64,000 bases of DNA from Kiritimatiellia bacterium (GTDB lineage Bacteria > Verrucomicrobiota > Kiritimatiellia > RFP12 > UBA1067). The stretch lies in NCBI GenBank assembly GCA_050949565.1, contig JBMNFY010000017.1:96001-160000 (forward strand), written 5' to 3'. A program made the position numbers and the translations under genes. This document shows, one piece after another, positions 27,866 through 37,261 of this stretch. Numbering within the stretch: position 1 is the first letter of the stretch; each line of letters begins with the position of its first letter. Under the pieces are notes generated by a model. That model had not been told where the DNA came from, ran no database searches, and worked only from the letters and a program-made list of their open reading frames with translations.

Positions 27866-28116
27866 TAGTGGCCTCTGCACTGGACGATCTCCACGGCACC
27901 GTCCTTTATCCGGTAGACAAGCCGGTGGGTATCGTCTATACGTCGCGACCACCAACCGGAAAGGTCGCCTTTCAATGGCTCTGGTTTGCCGATGCCGTCG
28001 TAAGACGACCGTTGGATATCCCGGACAAGCTGGTTGACGCGCCTCAAGGTCTTGCTGTTCTGGCCCTGCCAGTACAGGTAGTCCTCCCACGCCTCATCGG
28101 TCCACAGCAGGTGCAT
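27862..28116 (-). CDS. yoeB: Txe/YoeB family toxin
   Basis: AWEDYLYWQ, GIGKPEPLKGDLSGWWSRRI..HRLVY, CRGHY. Confidence 0.95.
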   Translation of the reverse strand: MHLLWTDEAWEDYLYWQGQNSKTLRRVNQLVRDIQRSSYDGIGKPEPLKGDLSGWWSRRIDDTHRLVYRIKDGAVEIVQCRGHY

Positions 28117-28117
28117 C

Positions 28118-28375
28118 TCACTCCTCGATCAGCTCGTGTCTCTCCAGTTCTCCCGCCTCGGCTTTCGCGATGGAACTGTGCAGACGGGCTACGTTTCTGT
28201 CGCAGTAGAACGGATCAGCGATCTCGAACGGAATCTTGCCCAACCTGAGCGACTGGCGGACGAAAATGTTGAAAGCCGTCGTCAGGTTCATTCCGAGTTC
28301 CTTGAATAAAATCTCGGCGTCTTCCTTGATCTCGCGGTCAAGCCGTAACGTGACATTCACAGTGTCGTTGCGCAT
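28118..28375 (-). CDS. RelB/DinJ family antitoxin
   Basis: VTLRLDREIKEDAEILFKELGMNLTTAFNIFVRQ..IPFEI; directly upstream of the toxin. Confidence 0.9.
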   Translation of the reverse strand: MRNDTVNVTLRLDREIKEDAEILFKELGMNLTTAFNIFVRQSLRLGKIPFEIADPFYCDRNVARLHSSIAKAEAGELERHELIEE

Positions 28376-28407
28376 GAGTTTTCTCCTCAGTTGCCGTCAT
28401 TATTCCA

Positions 28408-28427
28408 TTGATACGCGTGCATATCAA
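28408..28427. promoter_or_regulatory. Inverted repeat, probable toxin-antitoxin autoregulatory operator
   Basis: ttgata-cgcgtgca-tatcaa upstream of the antitoxin. Confidence 0.45.
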
Positions 28428-28673
28428 GTGCAATATATGCGCAATACACTAGTTTTTTTTCGCGCACGTAGAGGTTCTTAGAGTAATGCTGCTCAGGTTT
28501 TTATCCACAGATGGGCACAGACTACGCAGATTTTTTTGGGGGCAGGACCGGCCGCAAGTCGCGGGTCGCGAGTCAACCTCTCTTATTGCGACCACGCAGT
28601 GGCTCGCAATCGTGAGAGTAAAAGCATTGCTCGGCCCTTCACGCGAAGGCGCGAAGGCGCGAAGCTTGGTGTG

Positions 28674-28825
28674 TGGCGGCTTGCGGAGCGTCGGGAGGGA
28701 CAAGTGTCACTTGTCCGGGCCGCGTTATGCGCGGCAAAAGTCGTACACCGTGCAGCGTTTCATGTTCACGCACGAACAAGGCGCACTGATCCCGATAGCG
28801 ATACCGATTCCGATACCGATTCGCA
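28674..28825 (+). repeat. Direct repeat, left flank of the PIN toxin-antitoxin module
   Basis: Colinear with 29634-29765 (ttgcggagcg.cgggagggacaagtgtcacttgtccgggccgcg.tatgcgcggcaaaag.cgtacaccg...ccgataccgat). Confidence 0.85.
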
Positions 28826-28859
28826 CGCCCCCCAATTGCATTGTCCTGACGTTCGGTCT

Positions 28860-29273
28860 CTATTGATTTGCAAGCGTGTTTAGGAAAGACGCGGGGGTCA
28901 GCACGGATACGCGGCCGATGGCCGAGCGCGGGAAATGCCGGACATTGCCAGTGACCAGCGGGGCACCGAGCGCAGCAGCCGCCTCAAGAAAGATAATGTC
29001 ATCGGGATCGGGCAGAGGTGTTTTGAGCGGAAACGGAGTATACGGCGCGACCAGAGCGCACGCCCGGATGGCATCAAGCAGGAGTTGGACGTCGTCGGTG
29101 GAGAAGCGGAACTTCGGGCGACAAAGCACCTCTTCGTATTCCGCCAGAATGCCATCGGTGAGCACGGGCCGACAAACCCCGTCCAAAATGGCGTCGAGGA
29201 TGCGTCCCGGCGGACCGCCGGGTGTGAGTATGCCCGACACTACAACATTGGTGTCGAAGACGGCGGCGATCAC
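28860..29273 (-). CDS. PIN-domain toxin
   Basis: VFDTNVVVS, ILAEYEEVL, PDPDDIIFLEAA, LVTGNVRHF. Confidence 0.92.
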   Translation of the reverse strand: MIAAVFDTNVVVSGILTPGGPPGRILDAILDGVCRPVLTDGILAEYEEVLCRPKFRFSTDDVQLLLDAIRACALVAPYTPFPLKTPLPDPDDIIFLEAAAALGAPLVTGNVRHFPRSAIGRVSVLTPASFLNTLANQ

Positions 29274-29572
29274 GTCTGCCCTTGCCGCGCGCGGCGGGCG
29301 TTACGCGCCGCGCGGATTTCGCCTTCGATTTCGGCAGGTGTCATTGCCGCCACGCCGTTGCGGCGGCTTGTCTGCCGCAGATCGGACAGTGCCAGCCGAG
29401 CGCGCGCCAGCCGTACTGCTTCGACCAGACGTTCGGGAGACTCGCCCTCGGCGAGATTGACCAGCAGGGCCATGGGTTGCCCATTGTTGGTGACCAGCGC
29501 CGTTCCGTATGCGGCGAGCTTCTCCCGGACGAGCTTGGGTGCCTTGAGATCCTTAATGGCCAGATAGTTCAT
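29270..29572 (-). CDS. Phd/YefM-like antitoxin
   Basis: LVTNNGQPMALL; overlaps the toxin start by 4 nt. Confidence 0.8.
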   Translation of the reverse strand: MNYLAIKDLKAPKLVREKLAAYGTALVTNNGQPMALLVNLAEGESPERLVEAVRLARARLALSDLRQTSRRNGVAAMTPAEIEGEIRAARNARRARQGQT

Positions 29573-29578
29573 GGGGAC

Positions 29579-29608
29579 ATGATAATCTGATTATCAGGAG
29601 ATTGTCAA
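29579..29608 (-). promoter_or_regulatory. Toxin-antitoxin promoter with overlapping palindromic operator
   Basis: TTGACA-18 bp-TATCAT ending 6 nt before the ATG; inverted repeat tgataatc-t-gattatca at 29580-29596. Confidence 0.65.
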
Positions 29609-29633
29609 GGCCGCCACAACGTTCGGATGAGTA

Positions 29634-29765
29634 TGGCGACTTGCGGAGCGCCGGGAGGGACAAGTGTCACTTGTCCGGGCCGCGCTATGCGCGGCAAAAG
29701 CCGTACACCGCGCAGCGGTTCACGTTCACGTACGGACGAGGCACCGATCCCGATACCGATCCGCA
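29634..29765 (+). repeat. Direct repeat, right flank of the PIN toxin-antitoxin module
   Basis: Matches 28674-28825. Confidence 0.85.
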
Positions 29766-29783
29766 AGCCTGGCGCAAGAATTT

Positions 29784-30046
29784 TGCGGTGACAAGAGCCG
29801 CGCTGTGCGCGGGTCGCGGCACCGCTTTCCCTCCGCGCCGTGCGCAGAGACACTCTTAGTCCTCACTCTTAGTCGGTTACGCTTAGTCGTTCACACTTAG
29901 TCTCCAAAACTTGGTCGATTGCACTAATGACGAGTGTGGGGACGAAGTGTTTTGGACGAGGTGTAACCGACGAAGTGTGGGAACGAAGTGCGGCTCGTGG
30001 GGACACTCGCCCTCCCGGCCCTCGTGAACGTTGAACGTTGAGCGTT
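29784..30046 (+). repeat. Composite direct repeat, left flank of the FGE-domain gene
   Basis: tgcggtgacaagagcc..gcggcaccgcttt + cttagtc runs + gacgaagtg runs + cggctcgtggggacactcgccctcc + tgaacgt heptamers; same order at 31185-31413. Confidence 0.85.
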
Positions 30047-31030
30047 CTACCGGAGGATTCTGGCGACGCGAAAGCCAGCATCAATGCACCGGCAGTCCTG
30101 ACCGCAGACACTGCGCCCCGCAGAGCGACAGCCCCATGCGAGGCTGATAAAGCTCCCGCCCCGCATCACGCGGGACGTCCCCGCAGGAGCACCGCCCGGA
30201 TCCTGCGCAACCTCCGGATAAGTCTCGCACCAGTCGAGGCACCACTCGTCCACGTTGCCGTGCATGTCGTAGAGGCCCCATGCGTTAGGCAGATAACTGC
30301 CCGCCGGCGCGGTTCCCGTGTTCGGCGCGCAGTCCTGACTTTCTCCGGAACCACCGTTGTGCCAGTAACGCCCGACCTCCGACACGTTCGGGCAGTTTCC
30401 GATCACCGTCAGGTTCTTGCCACTATTCAGCGCCGTGCCCGTCCCCGCCCGACAAGCGTACTCCCACTGCGACTCCGTCGGCAGATCAAGGGTCGCCAGC
30501 CCGGTCTTCGCCCGTAGCCTGCCCATGAACGATTCCGCATCTACCGCGTCATTTGCGGGCCAGTGCGTCCCTGCGGAATAACCGCGAATGTCGCTGTAGG
30601 TCACCTGCTCTACCGGACGGGTCTGATAGTACGTCGTGTTACTGAAATAGCTGGGTCGGTTCCCCATCACCAGTTCCCACTGCCGTTGCGTCACCTCGAA
30701 GACCCCGATATAGAAGTCCTTCGTCAGCGTCACCCGATGTTGCCGTTCGTCATCACTACGGCTCAGTTCGCCCGAGGGACTACCCATCGTGAACGTCCCC
30801 GCCGGGATGCGGCGCATCACCAATTTTGTGGTTTTGTATTCGTCCGTCCAGCCGTCTGACGGCACACCGCTGAGATAGCTCACGGGATAGTTTGACGCCG
30901 ACGTCCCGCCGGAGAGGTCGACCACCATATAAAGGCCGTTCTCCGCCCGCACACTCGACCCTACCGGGTCACTCGCGAGACAGCCCCCCGCCCCCAATAT
31001 AACCGCCACCCAGAAAACCATCCGCCACAT
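30047..31030 (-). CDS. Secreted formylglycine-generating-enzyme (FGE-sulfatase, C-type lectin fold) domain protein
   Basis: FTMGS, EVTQRQW, LPTESQWEYACRAG, NAWGLYDMHGNVDEW, RGGS, GFRV; GGAGG RBS before the ATG at 31030. Confidence 0.9.
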   Translation of the reverse strand: MWRMVFWVAVILGAGGCLASDPVGSSVRAENGLYMVVDLSGGTSASNYPVSYLSGVPSDGWTDEYKTTKLVMRRIPAGTFTMGSPSGELSRSDDERQHRVTLTKDFYIGVFEVTQRQWELVMGNRPSYFSNTTYYQTRPVEQVTYSDIRGYSAGTHWPANDAVDAESFMGRLRAKTGLATLDLPTESQWEYACRAGTGTALNSGKNLTVIGNCPNVSEVGRYWHNGGSGESQDCAPNTGTAPAGSYLPNAWGLYDMHGNVDEWCLDWCETYPEVAQDPGGAPAGTSRVMRGGSFISLAWGCRSAGRSVCGQDCRCIDAGFRVARILR

Positions 31031-31184
31031 AACCGCCTCCGTTTTGATGGCAAAAAATAACACAGGAGAGGGTGGAGAGTGAATAACGAATTAACAACGG
31101 GCTGAGCGGCGCATGGGCAAACGGTACGTGTCGCCTTCACCGCATTGTCTGTTGTGTTTACTTGGAAGATGTAAAATTTTTGAG

Positions 31185-31609
31185 TGCGGTGACAAGAGCC
31201 GCGCTACGCGCGGGGCGCGGCACCGCTTTCTTCCGCGCCACGCGCGGAAACACACTTAGTCCCCCACGCTTAGTCGGTCACACTTAGTCCTCCAAAAACT
31301 TAGTCGATTGCGCTAACGACGAAGTGTTTGGACGAAGTGTCGCGACGAAGTGCGGCTCGTGGGGACACTCGCCCTCCCGGCCCACTTGAACGTTGAGAGT
31401 TGAGCGTTGAGCGCTCGGAATTGAAGTGGCCCTTTCAGGGCACGCTGGCACGGGGCGACGATACCCAGGGCTGCGCTTCGCTTGCCCTGGGCTAAGGTGA
31501 AGCCGCCCCTTCGGGGCTACTCCCAAAAACCTCTGCGTCTCTGCGTTAAATAAACCCGAGCCATGCCACCCAAAAAACCTTCGTGCCCTTCGTGCTTTCG
31601 TGTGAGATT
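31185..31609 (+). repeat. Composite direct repeat (right flank of the FGE gene, to 31413) plus further REP-like palindromes
   Basis: Matches 29784-30046, then gccctttcagggc..cccagggc..gccctggg..gccccttcggggc and 9-mer runs. Confidence 0.85.
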
Positions 31610-32614
31610 TCACTTTTTTGAGGCGCAGATCACGGAGTCCATCGCTTGACCACGGCGCAGGACTTTGACTTTTGAGAACCCGACGGACGTAAGATCATCG
31701 CGCATTTCGCCGAAGGTGAAGGTCCCGCCGCCGGGCGTGTTGACCAGCATGTTGACCGCAAAGAGCGCACCGCTTGCCGGGCGTGTGCGAGACGCATCCA
31801 CGAAGACGTCGCGGATCAGAATCTGACCGCCAGGCTCAAGGGCCGCAAACACCTTCGCGAACAGTTTGCGGTTCTGCTCCCGCGAGTTCTGATGGACGAT
31901 CGCGCTCACCCATGCCAGATCGGCCCCCTTCGGCAATGCGTTTTTCATGAAGTCACCGGGGAACAGCCGCACCCTGCGCGTAAGCCCGGCCTGCCGCATC
32001 CGCCGCTTGGCCATAGGAATCACGTCGGGCCGATCCATGATGGTTGCACAGGCGTCGGGATTGAGTTGGAGGAAGGGAATGGTCCATGTACCGGAGGCAC
32101 CGCCGAGATCCAGCAGGTGCGTGAACGTCAGCTTGCCAAGGCTGGCGACGAGCGGTGTCGCCACAGGATCGGACACCTCGTGCATGGCCTGGATGAATGA
32201 AGCCAGATCGCCATCGGCGCCCAGAACACTCGGACGGCGGACGGCGGGCTTGCCGCGCAACACGACACTGGCCAACTGCCCCCAGGCGCGCTGACAATTA
32301 CCAAGGTGGCGCACCATGCCCAGCATACTCTGCGCCCCATCTGCGGTCAGGACTTCGGCCACCGCTTTCGGCACGCGATAAACGGGTTCAGTGTCGGTCG
32401 ACTTGGTCAAAAAACCAAGCGCGACGAGCGCATCCAGCAGGATAATCACAGCCCTGAGATCGCCTTTGATGCGGGCGGCCAATTGCACCGCATTCATGGG
32501 GCGAGCGTGCAAGATCGTAAAGACGTCCAGTTCCGCTGCGGCGATGATCACGCATGACGGTTGGAACCCGCGTGCCATTTCGAGGATCGTTTCCTTATTC
32601 AGTTTCTTTTTCAT
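31610..32614 (-). CDS. SAM-dependent O-methyltransferase (family 2, with dimerisation domain)
   Basis: AAAELDVF, LLDLGGASG, GDFM, LEPGGQILIRD. Confidence 0.88.
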   Translation of the reverse strand: MKKKLNKETILEMARGFQPSCVIIAAAELDVFTILHARPMNAVQLAARIKGDLRAVIILLDALVALGFLTKSTDTEPVYRVPKAVAEVLTADGAQSMLGMVRHLGNCQRAWGQLASVVLRGKPAVRRPSVLGADGDLASFIQAMHEVSDPVATPLVASLGKLTFTHLLDLGGASGTWTIPFLQLNPDACATIMDRPDVIPMAKRRMRQAGLTRRVRLFPGDFMKNALPKGADLAWVSAIVHQNSREQNRKLFAKVFAALEPGGQILIRDVFVDASRTRPASGALFAVNMLVNTPGGGTFTFGEMRDDLTSVGFSKVKVLRRGQAMDSVICASKK

Positions 32615-32626
32615 CAGCGTCTCCTT

Positions 32627-34981
32627 TTAAGGGCGTTCAAGTGCGTCAGCGATGCGCGCGCGTACACGGCGCAACGCAGCCGGGTCGCGCGTGAAATCAG
32701 TCATGCTGCGGATCAATTCGCCGGTCATCGCGTCGGCGGCGGCGCGCCCCGCGCAGTGTTCCAGCATCTGTAACCACTCGTAATCCTCTATCCCGTCGCG
32801 CACTTGGGCCAGCCGGATCGAAGGCAGTGGCCCATCCGTTCCCGGATAGAGCAACTGGCCGTCGCCGGGCATTTTCAGCGAGTGCTCCGCCACCCATTCG
32901 TGCAAGAAGGTGTCGCCGGTTTGGAGCGGCGGACGGTCCGGCCACAGATTCACATGCCAGAAGAGCAGGCCGTCCGAGCGATAATGGTAGGTCAGCCACC
33001 CCAGCACCCGTCCCTCGATCGGCGGATATTCGTATGACGCGAAGTTCGCATGCGGCCAGGTCGGTCCGCAGCAGACATACCACCAGACCTGACGCCCCTG
33101 AGCGCGCAGACGCGCGGAGAGTTCTGGATCGTACACGCTGGTCAACGGACAAAACCAGTCGGTGATGTCCTGCTCTGGATAGTTTTTGCCATCGCGCATG
33201 TCTCGGTACATCATGGCCGTCGTCATCATCGGAATATCTGGGAAGTCGCGTTTGAGCGCACGCCACAACTCGGCGATTGCGGGATAATAGTCGTGCCGCC
33301 GCTCGTCGAATCCGTAGAGGTACGCGTATTTCTCAAGACCGTGCCGCCGCAACTCCGCGACATACGGTGTGAGGCGCGCCTTGAGGTCGTCATAAAAAGC
33401 TGGTGTATAGACATCGAGCGGAGAGTAACAGATCCACTTGACCGGGCGGGTCGGTTTCGGCACCAAGTTCAGGATGTTAAAACGATTCATACCGCGCTCG
33501 CGCGCATACAGCAGGTCGTCGATGCGGGGCGGCTCGGTTCGCGAGATGTCATCTGGATTGAGCCGGTGGCTGAGCATCAGATCGTGGGTTTTGCGCTTCA
33601 TCTCCTCGAAGCGATCCGGATACTGCGCGCGCGTGAAGCCGTCCATCACGCAGAATGCGGTGGGCATGCCGAAGGTCACGGGATTGGCGAATCCGCGCAC
33701 ACGCACGGTGATCGGCAGAATCCGCAACGGCTGGTCTCCAACGCTCACAGTGATCTGCCCGCGGTAGGTGCCCGGCACGGCATCCGGCGCGGCGCGCGCC
33801 GTCAGCCACACGCCTTGGGTGGCGGCAGGCCGCACCGTGAACGGAGCGGCCGGCAACAACGGATCGGGCAGCCAGTTCTCATCGACCGGAGCACCGCAGG
33901 GATGCGGATGGTACGGGCGCTGCCTGCGAATGTAACCGACGCGTTGCCAAGTCACCTCGCCGTCAAAGCGCCGTCCCGCGTCATCGGTCAGCGCCGTCAC
34001 CGTCACATTCACGTTCGACACCGCTACGCCATCGGCGGCCGTCACCAGAAGCTGCGCACTCTCGCACTCACGGCGCGCAAGGTCCAGTGCGATCTCTGGT
34101 GCGGCAATCTCAGAAGCAGTCGGATAGGTCAGCGGCGTGATGTGGCGCATCGCGTCGGCGGTCCACACCGCGCAACCGCGCGGGACCGGATTCGTGCGCG
34201 TCAGCGGAACCGCAGGCAGAGCTAACGTTTGCTCGAAACGCTCCTCGCCAGCGCGTGCGGTGACCGCCAGTGTGCGGTCCGGACCGCCGGTCGCGCTGAA
34301 AACCGCTGTCGCGCCGTCGCCAGAAACACGCTCCCGTTCTTCGCCCCGTTCCAGCACGCGGCACTGCCACTGCGCGCGTTTCCAGAACGCGAGATTTACC
34401 ACCACGCCGTCGGGAGAGCGCGGAACGTCGGTATGCAGCCGTACCGACTTGATGCCGAGCGCCGGCACGCGCCGTTCCAGCGTGAGGTCGTCAAACCAGA
34501 CACGTCCGGAACCGTTGCGCAAAAAGACGAAGACCTGTATCTTCTCCACCGGCTTTTCTGGGTAAAACACCTCCGCCGTGTATTCCCAGTCGTGGGTCGG
34601 TTGCGACCACGAGGCCATCACGGCCCACGCATTGCCGCCGCCGGCATACCAGATATCGAGGTAGATGCAGTACTCCGAGGCCGCGACATTTTCGGCGCGG
34701 CTCCAACCGCCGAACACGATCGGCGTGGTGTCGGGCCGGTCGTAGACGATCTCCTGCATCACACCGCCCCGCCCTTTACTGCCCGCCGGCACGTCACAGC
34801 GGATCGAGCGCGTCCCGCCATGCACCTGCGCCGTATCGCAGGCGTAAGCGCCATAGGCACGCCACCCCTTCAGAGTGCCGTTGTCCGACACCTCTTCGAA
34901 TCCGCCGTTGCGCAACTCCTGCGCCGACGCCACGCACAGGCTGAACACCGTGCAACTGATCACTAACGCTCTAACGTGCAT
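32627..34981 (-). CDS. Secreted GH123/DUF4091-like glycoside hydrolase with N-terminal CBM-like domain
   Basis: Signal peptide, LRNGGFE, LARRECESAQ, YGFDE, WWYVC, GDGQLLYPG..PSIRLAQVRDGIEDYE; GGAGG RBS. Confidence 0.75.
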   Translation of the reverse strand: MHVRALVISCTVFSLCVASAQELRNGGFEEVSDNGTLKGWRAYGAYACDTAQVHGGTRSIRCDVPAGSKGRGGVMQEIVYDRPDTTPIVFGGWSRAENVAASEYCIYLDIWYAGGGNAWAVMASWSQPTHDWEYTAEVFYPEKPVEKIQVFVFLRNGSGRVWFDDLTLERRVPALGIKSVRLHTDVPRSPDGVVVNLAFWKRAQWQCRVLERGEERERVSGDGATAVFSATGGPDRTLAVTARAGEERFEQTLALPAVPLTRTNPVPRGCAVWTADAMRHITPLTYPTASEIAAPEIALDLARRECESAQLLVTAADGVAVSNVNVTVTALTDDAGRRFDGEVTWQRVGYIRRQRPYHPHPCGAPVDENWLPDPLLPAAPFTVRPAATQGVWLTARAAPDAVPGTYRGQITVSVGDQPLRILPITVRVRGFANPVTFGMPTAFCVMDGFTRAQYPDRFEEMKRKTHDLMLSHRLNPDDISRTEPPRIDDLLYARERGMNRFNILNLVPKPTRPVKWICYSPLDVYTPAFYDDLKARLTPYVAELRRHGLEKYAYLYGFDERRHDYYPAIAELWRALKRDFPDIPMMTTAMMYRDMRDGKNYPEQDITDWFCPLTSVYDPELSARLRAQGRQVWWYVCCGPTWPHANFASYEYPPIEGRVLGWLTYHYRSDGLLFWHVNLWPDRPPLQTGDTFLHEWVAEHSLKMPGDGQLLYPGTDGPLPSIRLAQVRDGIEDYEWLQMLEHCAGRAAADAMTGELIRSMTDFTRDPAALRRVRARIADALERP

Positions 34982-35169
34982 ATCGTACCTCCTGCCGGGA
35001 TGACTACTCCGGCCACAAATTATGCTGCAACTCTGGACAGCGACCACAGCGTTCAAGTGGAACCATGAAACACATGAAACTTCATGAAAAACAGTGGCAC
35101 CTTGGCGTTGGCGTCCTTGGCGGTTCCAGAAAACGCTCAACTTTCAATGCCCAAGTAAGTGGGCAAAAT

Positions 35170-35330
35170 TTGGGGTGCGGTGACAAAAGCCGCGCTGTGC
35201 GCGGGTCGCGGCACCGCTTTCCCTCCGCGCTGTGCGCGGAGACACACTTAATCCCCACACTTAGTCGTCTACACTGTCTCCACACTTAGTCGATTGCGCC
35301 AGCAACGAAGTGTCTTGACGAAGTGTCGGC
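35170..35330 (+). repeat. Composite repeat of the same family as 29784 and 31185
   Basis: gtgcggtgacaaaagccgcgctgtgcgcgggtcgcggcaccgcttt + cacacttagtc + acgaagtg runs. Confidence 0.8.
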
Positions 35331-35354
35331 GGATGCGATGATGCACCGGCGCGC

Positions 35355-35915
35355 TCACGGCGCGGCGCCAGCCTTCAGCGCGTCCGCCGCCTTCTGGTAT
35401 TTCGCGATTGCATCGCGGATGCACTCCAGCGCGGCGCGCGACGAGATGGTGGCGGCGGTGATAGCGTCTACCTCGCCGCCGTCTTTTTTAACGCGCCAGT
35501 CGGCATTCAACGCCCGGCCCAGCAGCGGCTTGCGGAAGGTGTCCGACTCAATCTTCGAGCCGAGGCCAGGAGTTTCGCTGGCCACGAGCTGCTGATAGTT
35601 CACCAAGCGTCCGTCGCCACTCAGCCCGACCATCAGGACAATCTCGCCGCCGTATCCGTTTTTGGAACGGCCTTCAACCGCGACGGCAGAGAGCTGTCCC
35701 CCTTTACGGGCGACGAAGAAAGTTTCGCCCGCCACTTCTTTTTTCTCCGGCAACGGAGCGCCCTCGGGCAACACTTTAGCCGCCGCTGTTATCGTGCGTT
35801 GTTCCAACGCGGCCTCGATCGGTGCTTTGGTGATATTGTAGACCGCAGCGAGCAACGCAGAGCTGATCGCGCAGATGAGCGTGAGAACGAGAATCAGTTT
35901 GGCAGTGTCTTTCAT
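35355..35915 (-). CDS. rnfG: Rnf complex subunit G
   Basis: GYGGEI, ETPGLG, DAITAATISS (FMN attachment site); start MKDTAK at 35915. Confidence 0.92.
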   Translation of the reverse strand: MKDTAKLILVLTLICAISSALLAAVYNITKAPIEAALEQRTITAAAKVLPEGAPLPEKKEVAGETFFVARKGGQLSAVAVEGRSKNGYGGEIVLMVGLSGDGRLVNYQQLVASETPGLGSKIESDTFRKPLLGRALNADWRVKKDGGEVDAITAATISSRAALECIRDAIAKYQKAADALKAGAAP

Positions 35916-36976
35916 GAACGGGCGTTCCTCTTCTTGGTGCCGAAAACGCGGTTGCGCGTGGCGCGGTCGATGAGCGGCGTGAAGGCGTTCATGATCAGAA
36001 TCGCGAAGCTCACACCCTCGGGATAGGAACCGGTTTTCACGGTACGGATCAGCATGGTGATAATGCCGCAACCGACGCCGAACACCAGCATGCCACGGTG
36101 TGTAAGCGGCGAGGTCACCATATCCGTAGCCATAAAGAACGCCCCCAGCATCAAGCCTCCGGTCAACAGATGCACATGCGGCGGTAGCGACGTGTCGGGC
36201 AAGATCAGATGCAGGATTACGGCATATACAAAGACAGTAGCCAGATAGGCAACCGGGATATGCCAAGTGATGACCCTGCGGAACAGCAGATAGGCGGCAC
36301 CGAGCAGCAGAGCCGCAGCCGATGTTTCACCGATGCAGCCATTGACATTGCCCAGAAAGAAATCCTTGAGCAATGTGGGATCGTTGAACAGCGGCATCGG
36401 CGCTCCGGTCTTAAGCGCATCTTTAGCGAAAGTCAGCGGCGTGGCAGTAGTCATGGCGTCCACGACTTTGGGCGTTGCCTGCGTGGCGGCACTGCTGGCG
36501 GCATAGCCCACTTTTTGAATCCAGGGCGAAGCACTCCAGGTGGTCATTGCGCCGGTGAATGAGATGAGCATAAAGGCGCGCCCCGCCAGCGCGGGGTTGA
36601 AAGGATTGTAGCCGAGTCCGCCGAAAACCTGTTTGGCCACGGCAATGGCAAAAACCGAGCCGACCACCGCCATCCACGTTGGCAGAGCGGGCGGCAGGTT
36701 GAAGGCCAACAACAGGCCGGTGACCACGGCACTGCAATCCGACAGTGACGACGGGCGCTGCATCGCTCGCCGGCAGAGCCATTCGGTCAGCAGGCAGGTT
36801 GCCACGCAGACTGCGACGAGACGCAGTGCCTGCCACTGGAAGAGCCAGAGCGACATGGCAAACGCCGGCATGAGTGCAATCACGACATCAAGCATAATGC
36901 GCGTGACCGACTCGCCACTGTGCGTGTGCGGCGATGAACTGATGATGTAAAGGTCTGATGAGGCTTCGGGTTTCAT
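35912..36976 (-). CDS. rnfD: Rnf complex subunit D
   Basis: SSSPH, KQVFGGLGYNPFNPA, DAMTTATPL, GCIGETS, FFMATD. Confidence 0.95.
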   Translation of the reverse strand: MKPEASSDLYIISSSPHTHSGESVTRIMLDVVIALMPAFAMSLWLFQWQALRLVAVCVATCLLTEWLCRRAMQRPSSLSDCSAVVTGLLLAFNLPPALPTWMAVVGSVFAIAVAKQVFGGLGYNPFNPALAGRAFMLISFTGAMTTWSASPWIQKVGYAASSAATQATPKVVDAMTTATPLTFAKDALKTGAPMPLFNDPTLLKDFFLGNVNGCIGETSAAALLLGAAYLLFRRVITWHIPVAYLATVFVYAVILHLILPDTSLPPHVHLLTGGLMLGAFFMATDMVTSPLTHRGMLVFGVGCGIITMLIRTVKTGSYPEGVSFAILIMNAFTPLIDRATRNRVFGTKKRNARS

Positions 36977-37000
36977 TGGAAAAGGGACAGAATGGCTTTT

Positions 37001-37252
37001 GGTTTCAAGGTTTCTGGGTTTCTGGTTTCAAGGTTTCTGGGTTTCTGGTTTCAAGGTTTCTGGTTTCAAGGTTTCTGGGTTTCTGGTTTCAAGGTTTCTG
37101 GGTTCAAGGTTTCTGGGTTTCTGGTTTCAAGGTTTCTGGGTTCAAGGTTTCTGGGTTTCTGGTTTCAAGGTTTCTGGTTTCAAGGTTTCTGGGTTTCTGG
37201 TTTCAAGGTTTCTGGGTTTCTGGTTTCAAGGTTTCTGGGTTTCTGGTTTCAA
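37001..37252. repeat. Simple-sequence array of ggtttcaa / ggtttctg / ggtttct units
   Basis: About 30 tandem 7-8 bp units with an imperfect 23-bp higher-order period, between rnfC and rnfD. Confidence 0.95.
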
Positions 37253-37261
37253 GGGTTGGGG

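Noticed and set aside
27831-31413. Classical integron with attC sites
   Set aside because: No intI, and no complete RYYYAAC...GTTRRRY attC with L boxes; only a superficial CTAAC/stop overlap.
30047-31609. Complete diversity-generating retroelement
   Set aside because: No reverse transcriptase, accessory gene or template repeat found; kept only as a low-interest possible remote target.
35916-36266. N-terminal extension of the 303-aa rnfG ORF
   Set aside because: It overlaps rnfD in another frame; the ATG at 35915 overlapping the rnfD stop is the natural start.
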